DNA of 64,000 nucleotides from the human T2T-CHM13v2.0 reference genome, Homo sapiens. The stretch lies in assembly GCF_009914755.1 (NCBI RefSeq), contig NC_060928.1. One strand, given 5' to 3'. Below the pieces are notes generated by a model. It did no database searches. It was not told the origin of the DNA and was given only the letters and a program-made list of their open reading frames with translations. The position numbers and the translations under genes were made by a program. Shown piece after piece: positions 43,460 to 55,351 of the stretch (position 1 is its first letter; the number at the start of each line of letters is the position of its first letter).

Positions 43460-44110
43460 TTTTTAAAGTTGGTGTATAATTTACATACAATAAAATGAAT
43501 TAGTCTTAAGTATATAGCTCAATAATTTTTGTTGAATGTACACATTAATCAAAATATAGAATTCCAACATCCCAGAAATTTTTGTGTGCCCTTTCCCATT
43601 GATTGTACCGCCCCCAGGTGCAACTACGACTCCGATTTCAATCATTGTCATTTGGTTTTTCCTGTTCTGAGTTTATATAAATGGAATCATACAGTATGTA
43701 CCTTTTTTGTATCTGGCTTTTTGCTCAAGACAGTATTTATTGCTCAGTAGTATATCAACATATGAATACCCACATCATGTTTATTTATTCGTCCAAGAAA
43801 ATAAATTCTATTGCCTCAAATCTTATGGCTATTAAGAATAAGTCTTATGTGTTTGTTTTCTTAAAAGCCTTTCTAAGGATGTATGTTTGCATTACTCATT
43901 TTATTGCTTGGTCAAAGGTCAGATTATTTTTCTTTACGCAAAGCTTGTAAAAAGTTTTCCAAGGTAATTTCACTATTTCACGTGCTCATGAACATTATGT
44001 CAAAGCTCCAATCACTTCATATCCTTAGCATCTCTTGCTATTGTCTTCCTTTTGTTTAGGCATTGTTATGTGTGCGTAGTGATATGACATATCATCTTTA
44101 GTGTTGTATC
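43460..44110 (-). mobile_element. L1ME 3' fragment
   Basis: GGTGTATAATTTACATACAATAAAATG...TCTTAAGT; TTTATATAAATGGAATCATACAGTATGTAC. Confidence 0.75.
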
Positions 44111-45150
44111 TTCTTTTAACTTCAACTTTTATTTTAGATACAGGGGTACATGTGCAGGTTTGTTACGTGGGATATTTCATGATGCTGAGGTTTGGGGTTC
44201 AGATCCAATCATCCAGGCAGTGAGTATAGTACCTGATAGGTAGTTTTTCAACCCTCAGCTCCCTCTCTCACTTTCCACTCTAGTAATCTGCAAAGTCTAT
44301 TCCCATATTTATGTCCATGTGTGTTCAGTATATTGCTCCCACTTATAAGGGAGAATATGCAGTATTTGGTTTTCTGTTTCTTTGTTATATGTTTAGGATT
44401 ATGGCCTCCAGTTGCAACCATGTGGCTGCAAAGGACATGATTTCATTTTGTTTATGGCTACATAGTATTCCATAGTGTATATTTACCACACTTTCTTTAT
44501 CCAGTCCACAGTTGATGGGCACTTAGGTTGATTCCATCTCTTTGCTACTGTGAGGAGCACAGTGATGAACAAACAAGTGCATGTGTTTTTTTGGGAGAAT
44601 GATTTATTTTTCTTTGAGTATATACTGAGTAATGCAACTGCTGAATCAAATGGTAGCTCTCTTTGAAGTTCTTTGAGAAATCTCCAGACTGTTTCCCACA
44701 GTGGCTGAACTAATTTATATTCCCACCAACAATGTGTAAGCATTTCCTTTTCTCTGCAGCTTCATCAGCATCTGTCGTTTTTGACATTTTTCATAATAGC
44801 CATCCTGTCTGGTGTGAGATAGTATCTCATTGTAGTTTTGATTTGCATGTCTCTGATGACCGGTGATGCTGAGCATTATTTCTTATGTTTGTTGGTTACT
44901 TGCTTATTTTCTTTTGAAAAGTGTTTGTTCATGTTCTTTGCCCATTTTTAATGGGTTTTTTTTGCTTGGTTACTTGTATAAGTTCCTTATAGATTCTGGA
45001 TATTAGACATTTATTGGATGCATAGTTTGTAAACATCTATTCTGTAGGTTGTCTGTTTTTTTCTGCTGCTAGTTTCTTTCATTGCGCAGAAGGTCTTTAG
45101 TTTAATTAGTTCCCACTTTTCCATTTTTCATTTTGTTGCAATTGCTTTTA

Positions 45151-45501
<351 letters not shown>

Positions 45502-45516
<15 letters not shown>

Positions 45517-45623
45517 CATATATACACACACACACACACACGTATATATGTGTATATATACACACACGTATATATGTGTATATATACACACACATATATA
45601 TGTATATATACACATATATATAT
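45502..45623. repeat. (TA)n/(CA)n microsatellite grown from the Alu tail
   Basis: Read directly. Confidence 0.95.
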
Positions 45624-46889
45624 CCATAGCATCTCTGTACAATTTTTATAATTTGAGATCTTACATTTAAATATTTAATCCACCTTGAGTTATTTTTTGT
45701 TTATGTTGAAATGTAAGGATCCAGCTTCAATCTGCATATGGCTAGCCAGTTATCTGAGCACGATTTATTGAATAGGGAGTATTCAATAAATTTAATAAAG
45801 AAAATTCAATTCCTTTCCCCATTGCTTGCTTTTGCCAGCCATATTAAATATCAGATGGTTGTAAGTATGCAGCTTTATTTCTGAGTTTTCTATTCTGTTT
45901 CACCATGTATCTGTTTTTGTACCAACAGTATGTTGTTTTGGTTACTGTAGCCTTAAGTATAGTTTAAAGTCAGGTAGTATTATATCTCTAGCTTTGTTCT
46001 TTTTGCTTAGAATTGCTTTGGCTATTTAGGCTCCTTTTTTGTTCCATATGAATTTTAGAATAGTATTTTACAGTGAAGAATTTTACAGTGTGAAGAATGG
46101 CATTGGTAGTTTGATAGGAATAGCATTGAATCTGTAAATTCAGATTCAGTTCAGGCCATTTTTATGATACTGATTCTTCCAATTCATGAGCATGAACTGT
46201 TTTTCCATTTATTTGTGTCATCTCTGATTTCTTTTAGCAGTGTTTTGTAGTACTTCTTGTAGAGATCTTTCATTTCCTTGGTTAGCTGGACTCCTAGGTA
46301 TTTCATTTTCTTTGTGGCTATTGTATGTGGGATTCTTTATTTCACTCTCAGCCTTGATGTTGTTCGTGTATGGAAATGCCACTGATTATTGTACTTTGAT
46401 TTTGTGTCCTGAAACTGTACTAAAGTTGTTTTTCAGTTCTAGCAGTCTTTTGGTAGAGTCTTTAGGATTTTCTAGGTATACAATCATATCATCAATGAAA
46501 AGAGATATTTCGGCTTCCTCATTCCCTATTTGGATGCCTTTTACTTCTTTCCCTTGCCTGATTTCTTTGGCTAGGACATCCAGTACAATATTGAATAGGA
46601 GTGATGATAGTGGTCATCCTTGTCTTGTTCCAGTTCTCAGGGGGAATGGTTTGAGTTTTTGCCCATAGAGTGATATTAGCTGTAGGATTGTTTTAGATGG
46701 CTCTTATTATATTGAGGTATGTTCCTTCAATGCCTAGTTTTATGTGTCTTTTGACATTTTTTGTATTTTGAAACTTCAGTTAACTGTTCTTGTATTGTTG
46801 AACAATAGACACATAAAAGGCTTTTAATAGAATTTAACATTCCTTCATGAAAAGAAACAACCCTCAACAGTGTAGGCATCAAAGGCATC

Positions 46890-47153
46890 TTTTTTTTTTC
46901 TCTCTCTCTCTCTCTTTTGAGATAGTCTTGCTCTGTTGCCTAGGCTGGAGTGCAGTTCTGCGATCACCTCCCAGGCTCAAGTGATCCACCCATCTCAGCC
47001 TCCCAAGTAGCTGGACCTGCAAGTGCACACCACCACACTGACTAATTGTTTAATCTTTTGTAGAGACAGGGTCTCCCTATGTTGCCTGGGATGTGCTCAA
47101 GCAATTCTCCTACCACAGCCTCCCAAAGCACTAGGAATGTAGGTATGAACCGC
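46890..47153 (-). mobile_element. Alu SINE (AluJ-like, internally deleted)
   Basis: TTTTGTAGAGACAGGGTCTCCCTATGTTGCC; GCTCAAGCAATTCTCC. Confidence 0.85.
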
Positions 47154-47399
47154 TTAAGAATTCTTATGCCCTTATATGTTTTGGATTCAGCTTGTCAAAT
47201 TCTACTAAAATAAAAACACATAGGAATTTCATCTGGGATTGAATTAAATCCATAGATGAATTTGAAGACGACTGACATCTTAGCGATACTGTTTCTTACT
47301 ACATAAATGAAGATACTTTATAGTTTTATGTCCTCTCTTGCAGTAAATTATTAAAGTCACTGTTAGAGAAACAAAATGGTGGTGGTATCTAATAAGGTA

Positions 47400-47890
47400 A
47401 GTATGTACACAAATAATGACCTCACAGATACTCTCCTAGGAATGTAACATAAATGTATAATATTCTCCCCAAAGTTATGTCCTAGAAATTTCTTTGTTGC
47501 ATTATCTGTAATAGCTACAAAGGTGAACACCCTAATTATTTCAACCATAAAATGCACATTTATCTTGTGGAATTTTCTTTAAATGGAATATTATATGATT
47601 ATATAATGATTTAATAATGAGCTACTGCTCCATTTAAGAGCATCGCTGAATCTTTCAAACCTAATATTAAGTGAAAGAGGTCAATCATAAAGGGTTCATA
47701 TTTTACAACACAATTTTTAAAATTCAAAAACAGGCAAAAAAATTATCCTTGATCTTAGAAGTCATGATAATGTTACCTGTTGGAAGGATGGTAATCTTGA
47801 GGAGACATGGATGTTTCAGGGGTTGATAATATTTTACTTTTGGGTTTGGGGAGGGGTTAAAAGAATGGGTTAAATTTGTGATAATCCATC
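47400..47890 (+). mobile_element. L1ME 3' fragment
   Basis: CTCCTAGGAAT; ATATTAAGTGAAAGAGG; TCAAAAACAGGCAAAA; TTAGAAGTCATGATA. Confidence 0.65.
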
Positions 47891-48119
47891 ACTATCTCCA
47901 CTTTGGAAGAAAGAAAGGAAATAGTATTTATATTTTTTCACTTTCAAGCTCTCCTCTTATCTTCTCCCTAACAACTTTGTGAGTAACTCTTAAGAAGAAT
48001 AATCTTCAAACTTTTCTGCCCGCAATTCCTCAATATAAATAATTTACGTGTATATGTCATAAATGTACTATTAAAGGGAATATTATGTATAATATAAAAC
48101 ATACTAAAGAAGTAGAAAT

Positions 48120-48207
48120 ATTTTTATCTATTTTATTTTACTTTATGTTCTGGGATACATGTGCAGAACATGCAGGTTTATTACAAAAGTATACATGCGC
48201 CATGGTG
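48120..48207 (-). mobile_element. Short L1PA 3'-terminal fragment
   Basis: TTTACTTTATGTTCTGGGATACATGTGCAGAACATGCAGGTTT. Confidence 0.88.
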
Positions 48208-49999
48208 TATATTAAAAAGCTGTCCATTGTGGACACTTACGCAATCTTCCTGGAGTAGGGCACTGCTCCCATCAGATCTGGCTCTACAGTCCCACCCCTC
48301 CCTAGCCCATCCTATCTTTGTGCTTATGCAAGGCTTCATTTTCTTCAACACATAAAATATTTGAAAACCTGAAAAGTTTTTCCCACATGTTTTTGATATT
48401 TGGATTTTCTTTCCTTTGTGGAAATGAGATTTGATATCCTCTGTATGAGGAGTTCTTAGAATATGATAGGCTGTATAGCTTATTTACAAAGAAGGAATCA
48501 TTTGAGTTTTTAGATTATTGCTGTTTTCCATCTCTTCTTTTTCTTTTTAAAAACTCATGTATATTTCATACAGTTATTTATTTATTTTCTTTTCCTATGC
48601 ATAGAATGAACCCAACCTCAAATTTATTCCTCTCTCTGTTTTCCACTTTCTCATCTTCAGGATTATCTTCCTTTGACATTACTGTACTGTTTTTTTCTCT
48701 TTTATATACAAAATTTCTATCTCTTTCTAAATCTACTATTCTTATTTTGGCACTGGTGCTAACACTTCTAATTTAATTCCTTTATTTCTCTCATCTTTCC
48801 TTGTCATTCATGAAATTCATTTTCTCTTTATTGGGTCCTGATTTACCTACTAATGAATCTTCAATTTTGCATAATTTTATTTCTAACAATTATAATTTCC
48901 CTACACTTGGCCAGATCTGGTACATAGCAGAGATGCTGTTTTCCTAGAAGTTTGAATTATGCATGAAAATCTCTCGTCACACACACACACACATTACATC
49001 AAGCTGTGCTGGCAATATGATCATTTTCACTTCACCTCTGGGCATTATCCTAGTCTTCCACCCTGAGTTACTAGGACCCACAACCTATCAAATATCTTTC
49101 TTCTTGGCAATTCCATAATATTAAATTTTCATACTGTGGAGTATATCATCCTAACCATTGTATGTTATTTTAATAGGTTTAATAATATGGATAATTGCTT
49201 ATGGTTTTTTTTGTCATTGATATACTTCTTGACAAAGTTTATGACATTTACTTTCATGTCTTAATAGAACTTCTTCATTGTATACTCAAATATCAGTTAT
49301 CACACTTGTGTGCACACACACACAGACACTACTAGGAATTGTGCTCTTGTTTTTTATTATCATTGCTACCCATGTTCAGGTGTTTGCATCCTATACCCAC
49401 AGCCTAGTCACTATCTTAATAATCTATGCTAACTCTCTTCTACCTTTTTGAATTTGTGTGATTATTCAGGCAGTAATTCAACTCTGAAATATTCGTTATA
49501 TGGTTCACTCAATTTCTGCTTATGATTCAGATATCATTTTTTATTATTCTTTGAAAGTTTATGACTTTAATAAATGTAACTCCAGTTACTTTCTTTTTCA
49601 TTTCTCTCTAATGTATTTTCATCTCTCATTTCATATCCTTCCCACCTTGAAATCCCACTAAAGTTGTATTTTTCCTATTTACTGCTACTTTCTTCTTTTC
49701 CTGACTTAGAGAATAAAATTAAACAGCTTCTAGATAATTATCTGATGCTTTTTGTTTTTAATACTCAGTCTCAGCAGTAAACTTGTTCTATTTTTATTTT
49801 GCGTCCTTTGTTATTTTTCTTTCTCCCGGATATCTCTTCTGCTGAATGAGCCTCTTCTTTTATTGTTTATACCAATAATCCTGGAATATATTCTCTTTTT
49901 CACTCACATGTCTACCTGTAATATGTTATTTCTATATTTTCAGTGTTATCTATACATAGTACATGCATCACCGTTTTGAGGTCAATGAAAGCAGAATCC

Positions 50000-50160
50000 T
50001 ACTTCTATAAGTTAAAATTGCCCTGACTTCAATATATTATTTAGTCCTTCAATTGTGCTCTTTAACAAAATGAGATAATGCCACTTTCACAAGGTGGTGA
50101 CATGACGTGAGGATTAAATATGTTAACATATATTAAGTGTTTAGCACTGTATATGACTTA
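50000..50160 (+). mobile_element. MIR SINE
   Basis: AAAATGAGATAAT...GTGAGGATTAAAT...AAGTGTTTAGCAC. Confidence 0.7.
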
Positions 50161-50436
50161 TTTTTACACTAAAATTTTTCCATCAAAGATTAAACAATTT
50201 AACATTTTTAAAAGGTAGGATTAGTATAAAATTATCAACAAAATTTTACATTTGGTTTTTAAATGTATTTTATAAGTATTTATTATTAAAATAATATGTA
50301 TACATGATATTTAACAATTCAAACGTTCAAAAGAGTGGTCTGTGAAAAATAAAAATAGGTGTTTATTTCCACTGTTTTTCCCTTCATGAGAGCAATAACT
50401 CTTATCAGTTTCTGTTGTGTCCTATCAAAGATGTTC

Positions 50437-50510
50437 TATGTGTACACAAGCATATGTATTTGTATTGTCTCAATTATGTGTACACAAGCATATGTATTTG
50501 TATTGTCTCA
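50437..50510. repeat. Perfect 36-bp direct duplication with a 2-bp spacer
   Basis: TATGTGTACACAAGCATATGTATTTGTATTGTCTCA at 50437-50472 and 50475-50510. Confidence 0.95.
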
Positions 50511-50904
50511 TGTAACTGGCTATACACATGGTATTATTTGCTATATGTTATATATTTATGTAATGTATTTTTATGTAGGTATATATGGTATATATATGTT
50601 AATGTATTTAATAATTCTGCTCTTTGGAATGCAGGTGTAAATATTTCCAAATGATCCTATAGATTCATCTTGCTCACTTACATTTAGAAAGCGATTCTTG
50701 GGTCAAGATGTAGTCTTAAGGTCTATTAATACTTTCATATGCACATTTTTGAAACAGTTTTAAGAAATAAATGCAACATTTATAAATAATAAATAATAAA
50801 TATGCTAAGAGAAAAAGTATAAGATATTCTGCACAAAGCATCGTAAACAGTCATGATGCTTTTTATTTTTACGGAAAATGACAGAAAGTTATAATGAAGG
50901 AACA

Positions 50905-50935
<31 letters not shown>
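50905..50935. repeat. (CA)n microsatellite
   Basis: Read directly. Confidence 0.93.
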
Positions 50936-51478
50936 TTAGATAAATAAGCACCACATAAAAAGCTTAAAAGTAATAGATTTCAGAAACTGACAGTTTAATC
51001 CACCTTTCACTAGTGTTACAAATATATATGTAAACTGTTTGTTATATCACTTTTTGTAGTAGTAAATCTGGCAATTATTTAGATATTCAAATACAGGAAC
51101 ATATATAAATAAAACCTAGTATATTCATGTTATAGATACCATAGAACCATTACAATAATGAAGTGGATCTTACATACTGAGAAAAATAGGTAAAATAAAG
51201 GGATACCAAGAAAAATAGATAACACTTTTTGAGAAAGAAATTCAAGATACAAAGAGAAAGAGAAAATGTACATTTGTATACACATATGTCTCAATGTGTT
51301 TATAGAAAAAAATTGCAAATGCCATAACATACAAACTATTAACATTTGCTAGGTGGCTATAAGGGAAGTTATTTGAGTACAATGAGACGTGGGCTTGGGA
51401 GTATGGGTCACTATAAACTTTATGTGCTACTTATAATTTTTATAAGCATTACAACTTCTATAAAAACAATGTATTTTG

Positions 51479-51780
51479 GGCCGGGCGCGGTGGCTCACGC
51501 CTGTAATCCCAGCACTTTGGGAGGCCAAGGCGGACGGATCACTAGGTCAGGAGATCGAGACCATCCTGGTGAACACAGTGAAACCCCGTGTCTACTAAAA
51601 ATACAAAAAATTAGCCGGGCGTGGTGGTGGGCGCCTGTAGTCACAGCTACTCGGGAGGCTGAGTGAGGTAGGAGAAGGGCGTGAACTCGGGAGGCGGAGC
51701 TTGCAGTGAGCCGAGATAGCGCCACTGCACTCCAGCCTGGGAGACAGAGCGAGACTCCGTCTCAAAAAAAAAAAAAAACC
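51479..51780 (+). mobile_element. Alu SINE (AluY)
   Basis: Many CpGs intact; GGAGCTTGCAGTGAG; TSD ACAATGTATTTTG at 51466-51478 and 51781-51793. Confidence 0.95.
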
Positions 51781-53077
51781 ACAATGTATTTTGAGTTTTT
51801 CCTCATACCATTTTATACGCTTTTCTCATGGCATTGGATATCATTTTTTAAATGACACATCATTAAATTTCCACTACTTTCTCGAACAATTTTCACCTTT
51901 ATCCTCACTCTTCATACATTCCTCATTACTTATCATGATGAAGTACACAATCTGAGCTGATAATTACCTCATATTTATTGAGAAAATAGACACTGTTAGA
52001 TAGATATGTTTCAGTCTTCCTGAGACTAATTCTATAAACATATCGGTGCTTTTATTTTTTGTTCTTTACTATTTGTGTGAGAGGCATTCCTTACCTTTTT
52101 AATGATCATTTTTTCTATACGGAGACTGAATTCCCATTTTCTTTATCAAGAATTTACAATTCCATTATCCTTTTTGATCCTTTATCAATAATCTCATCTT
52201 CTTGAAGACAACATATTTTAGCATAGAAAAATACAATATAATTGCACTTCTTTACAAATAGAAAAAAAGAAGTCTCCCTGATGTCCAATAATATTACTAG
52301 AACACATCTCGATTTTCACTGTTCAGAATCATTCTCCTGGATATATACTAAGCTTTTAGCTATTATCTCTAGTTTTCTTACTCTCTCTCACACAGACTCT
52401 TTTCACTCTTTTAGTGTCTTTGTATGGATGTTATGCAAATTCTTTCTGCTATGCATATTTGTAAGAATCGGATTTTGTTGACTAACTATTCTTAAGAGTC
52501 TCTGTTTGAAGTGGAATTGAGCCAGATTAGTCTTCATGCCAAGGGTTGTTCTCTCCAGGTCTAGGCCAACCCTTCTGTTTTACTCTTTCATATTCTTTCA
52601 TTAATACTTGGCATATCTGAGAGGTCATATCTCTTATGCTTCTATGAACTTACCAGGTTTAAGAAGTTCTACTGCCAACTATGAGTTCCCGCCATTTCTT
52701 CAAGGGGCAATGCCCCTCAAGTGGCACTGCCCTGCTTTACAAAGTAACACATTGTCTTTTAGAAAATGTTTTTTCATTTGTTTGTTAGCTGGTGTTTCCT
52801 CTGTTCTTTTCCTCTGAGGTCCCCTAAGCACTTTTTGCACCTGCTCTCTTCCCCCTAATCATAGAAATTTCCACTCAGCGTGATTTCTTCTTATAGAAGA
52901 CAGTTTCAGAGAACTGACATTATAACCCTCTGCAATGTCTGTGATATTTGATATTTTATTCCACTTTTTTGTGGGACTTGCTGCATAATCTGATTTTCTG
53001 AATTTATTTGGCAACACATAAATAAGTTATAATGTGAGGTTTCCTCAGACTCCCATTTTTTTCTAAAAACTACATCT

Positions 53078-53168
53078 GTATATATACACCTATATATACA
53101 CACACCTATATATATATACAACTATATCTATATCTATATATGCCTATATATAGATATAGATATACATA
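53078..53168. repeat. Degenerate (TA)n low-complexity tract
   Basis: Read directly. Confidence 0.88.
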
Positions 53169-54583
53169 GTTGTTTTGATGTCATTGGGTTGTTTGCGGGG
53201 AAAAAAATTGGGAGAAATCAGAACTAGTTGGCCACTGTTTTCAGTGGTAATGCATTTAGTATAAATTTGGACACAATCTTGCATGAGAACAGCCCAGCAC
53301 TTATAAAACTTTGGAAAAGACTGTTTTGCTTTGTTGCTGTTGTTGTTGTTTCACCTAGAGAATGAGCCAAGGCTAAGAAATTTCTGTGTTTTTTTTTAAC
53401 TTTTTGAAAAATTCTTTTAAGAATGTACTTTTTCTTCCTGTTTTGCCTTTACAGTTAGTGTCCCATTTTCTGAAGGGTCTTAGTTCCAGCCCCTCTCTTT
53501 TGATAGGTCAAGGTAATGAGCCCTGTCACTGCAGTCCGTGAAACCCAAATCTCCTGGATATAGGGCCTAACAAGTGCCTCCAGGACAATGAAAATTGTAA
53601 TATTGGCAAACTCCTATGTGTTTCAACTTTGCCTTTATTTTTGACCCTTAATGATATCCCTACTTTTGTGTAAGTTTGTGTATTTATTAGAGAAATGTTA
53701 TTGCTGTTGTTTGAGCTTTGTGAACTATTTTGTAGCCATGTGTTGATATAATTCTCCATATTACCTAAATGAAAATCTCCATATCCTTTGAAGTCTATTT
53801 TAATCTGAATTATTCAATCTCAGTCACTGGAAATGTGACATTGTACTTTCACAATTATTAATGATTTCCATTATGTTAAATCAAATACTTAAGATATCCT
53901 CCATCCTCTTAATTGCAACTCTCTTTTTGCTAGGTGGCAGGGAGTAGGGAGAGAGCTTTATGATTTTTCTAATAAACTCATGGCCTATCCTCAGTTTCAT
54001 ATTAAAAATCTTCTTTAACCTAGAACTTTTAGAGCTAAGAGATAAATCACATCATTTTCTCCTTTTATTTTGTCTTTGTATACTGTTTCTAGTGGTAATC
54101 ACTCATTTTCCACAATTAAAAATAACTTACTTTAATCTATATATTTGCTATATTTTCTAAAATTCTCAGAAATAATATATATTTTGTGTAGAAGGACAAT
54201 ATCATTTTTACAGTTTTTAAATATTTAATAAATGCCATTTTTATATTCTACCTCTAATTTTGTGCCTTTCCTTTAAGAATCTATAAATACATTACTTCTT
54301 TTATTTTCTTCAAATTTTATTATGTGCTTGCTATTGTCTGCAAAAATAAGCCAATATGGCAGTTGTTTTACCTTAAATATAAGAAAATGTATGACCAAGT
54401 CTATTGGCTCAGTGTTTTGTTCTGCTCCACTTTGGTCTCTACTGCAAGTATCTATATATTTCCCTATAGTCATTCCGTGTTTCATTTACACATGTAAGAG
54501 CAAACATAACCTAATCTCTGAGCAGCCTTAGATGCGTTCAGAATTGGAAAGGAAAACTTTTAACTAAATAGGTAAACACAACA

Positions 54584-54928
54584 CAGGTCCTCCTCCACTT
54601 ACAACGGAGTTATGTCTTGATAAAACCATCTTAAGTTGAAAATGTATTTAATGCACCTAACCTATATTCCAGCTTAGTCTAGCCTAACTTGAACATGCTC
54701 AGAACACTGACATCAGCCTACAATTGGGTAGAATAATCTAAAACAAAGCCTATTTTATAATAAAGTGTTGAATATGTGATGTAATGTATTGAATACTGTA
54801 CTGAAAGTGAAAAACAGAATCACTGTATGCCTGCTTGAAGTACCAATTCTACTGAATATTTATCACTTTCCCAGCATTGTAAAGTTGAAAAATCGTAAGT
54901 TGAACCATCATAAGTCAGGGAATAGCTG
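54584..54928 (+). mobile_element. MER47A (Tigger5-derived MITE), near full length
   Basis: CAG...CTCCTCCACTTACAAC...GCTCAGAACACT...AAAGCCTATTTTATAATAAAGTGTTGAATA...TAAGTCAGGG...CTG|TA. Confidence 0.9.
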
Positions 54929-55351
54929 TACTATTTAAAGCATATTTTGATTGTTCTTTCCCATGCTATTCTGCTTATTAAATATGTTGAAACTTGTCCT
55001 GAAGGATAAATTAACCTTATAACAGATAACAAGTTCTTTAAAGGCTATGTGTGCCCAACGAAATAAAATTAAATCATTTACTTGAGTGCAAATGGATTGT
55101 AGTTAACTTAATGTACTTAGCTTAGCTACCTGCTATGATATAGTGATCTGACACTTCCCAAAATTCAGCAATCATATAACTATCTAAATAAGAGAAACTC
55201 AAATGTGTCACATTTTTAAGGTTTGGTATTTATTCACACATAATTTATTGCCAGGGCCCTTATATCAGATTAAGTTTATTTTATGAAAAAGAAGTACATA
55301 GAAGTCTTCTCAGGAATTATATAAACACTGGAAAAGACAAATTAAAAAGGC

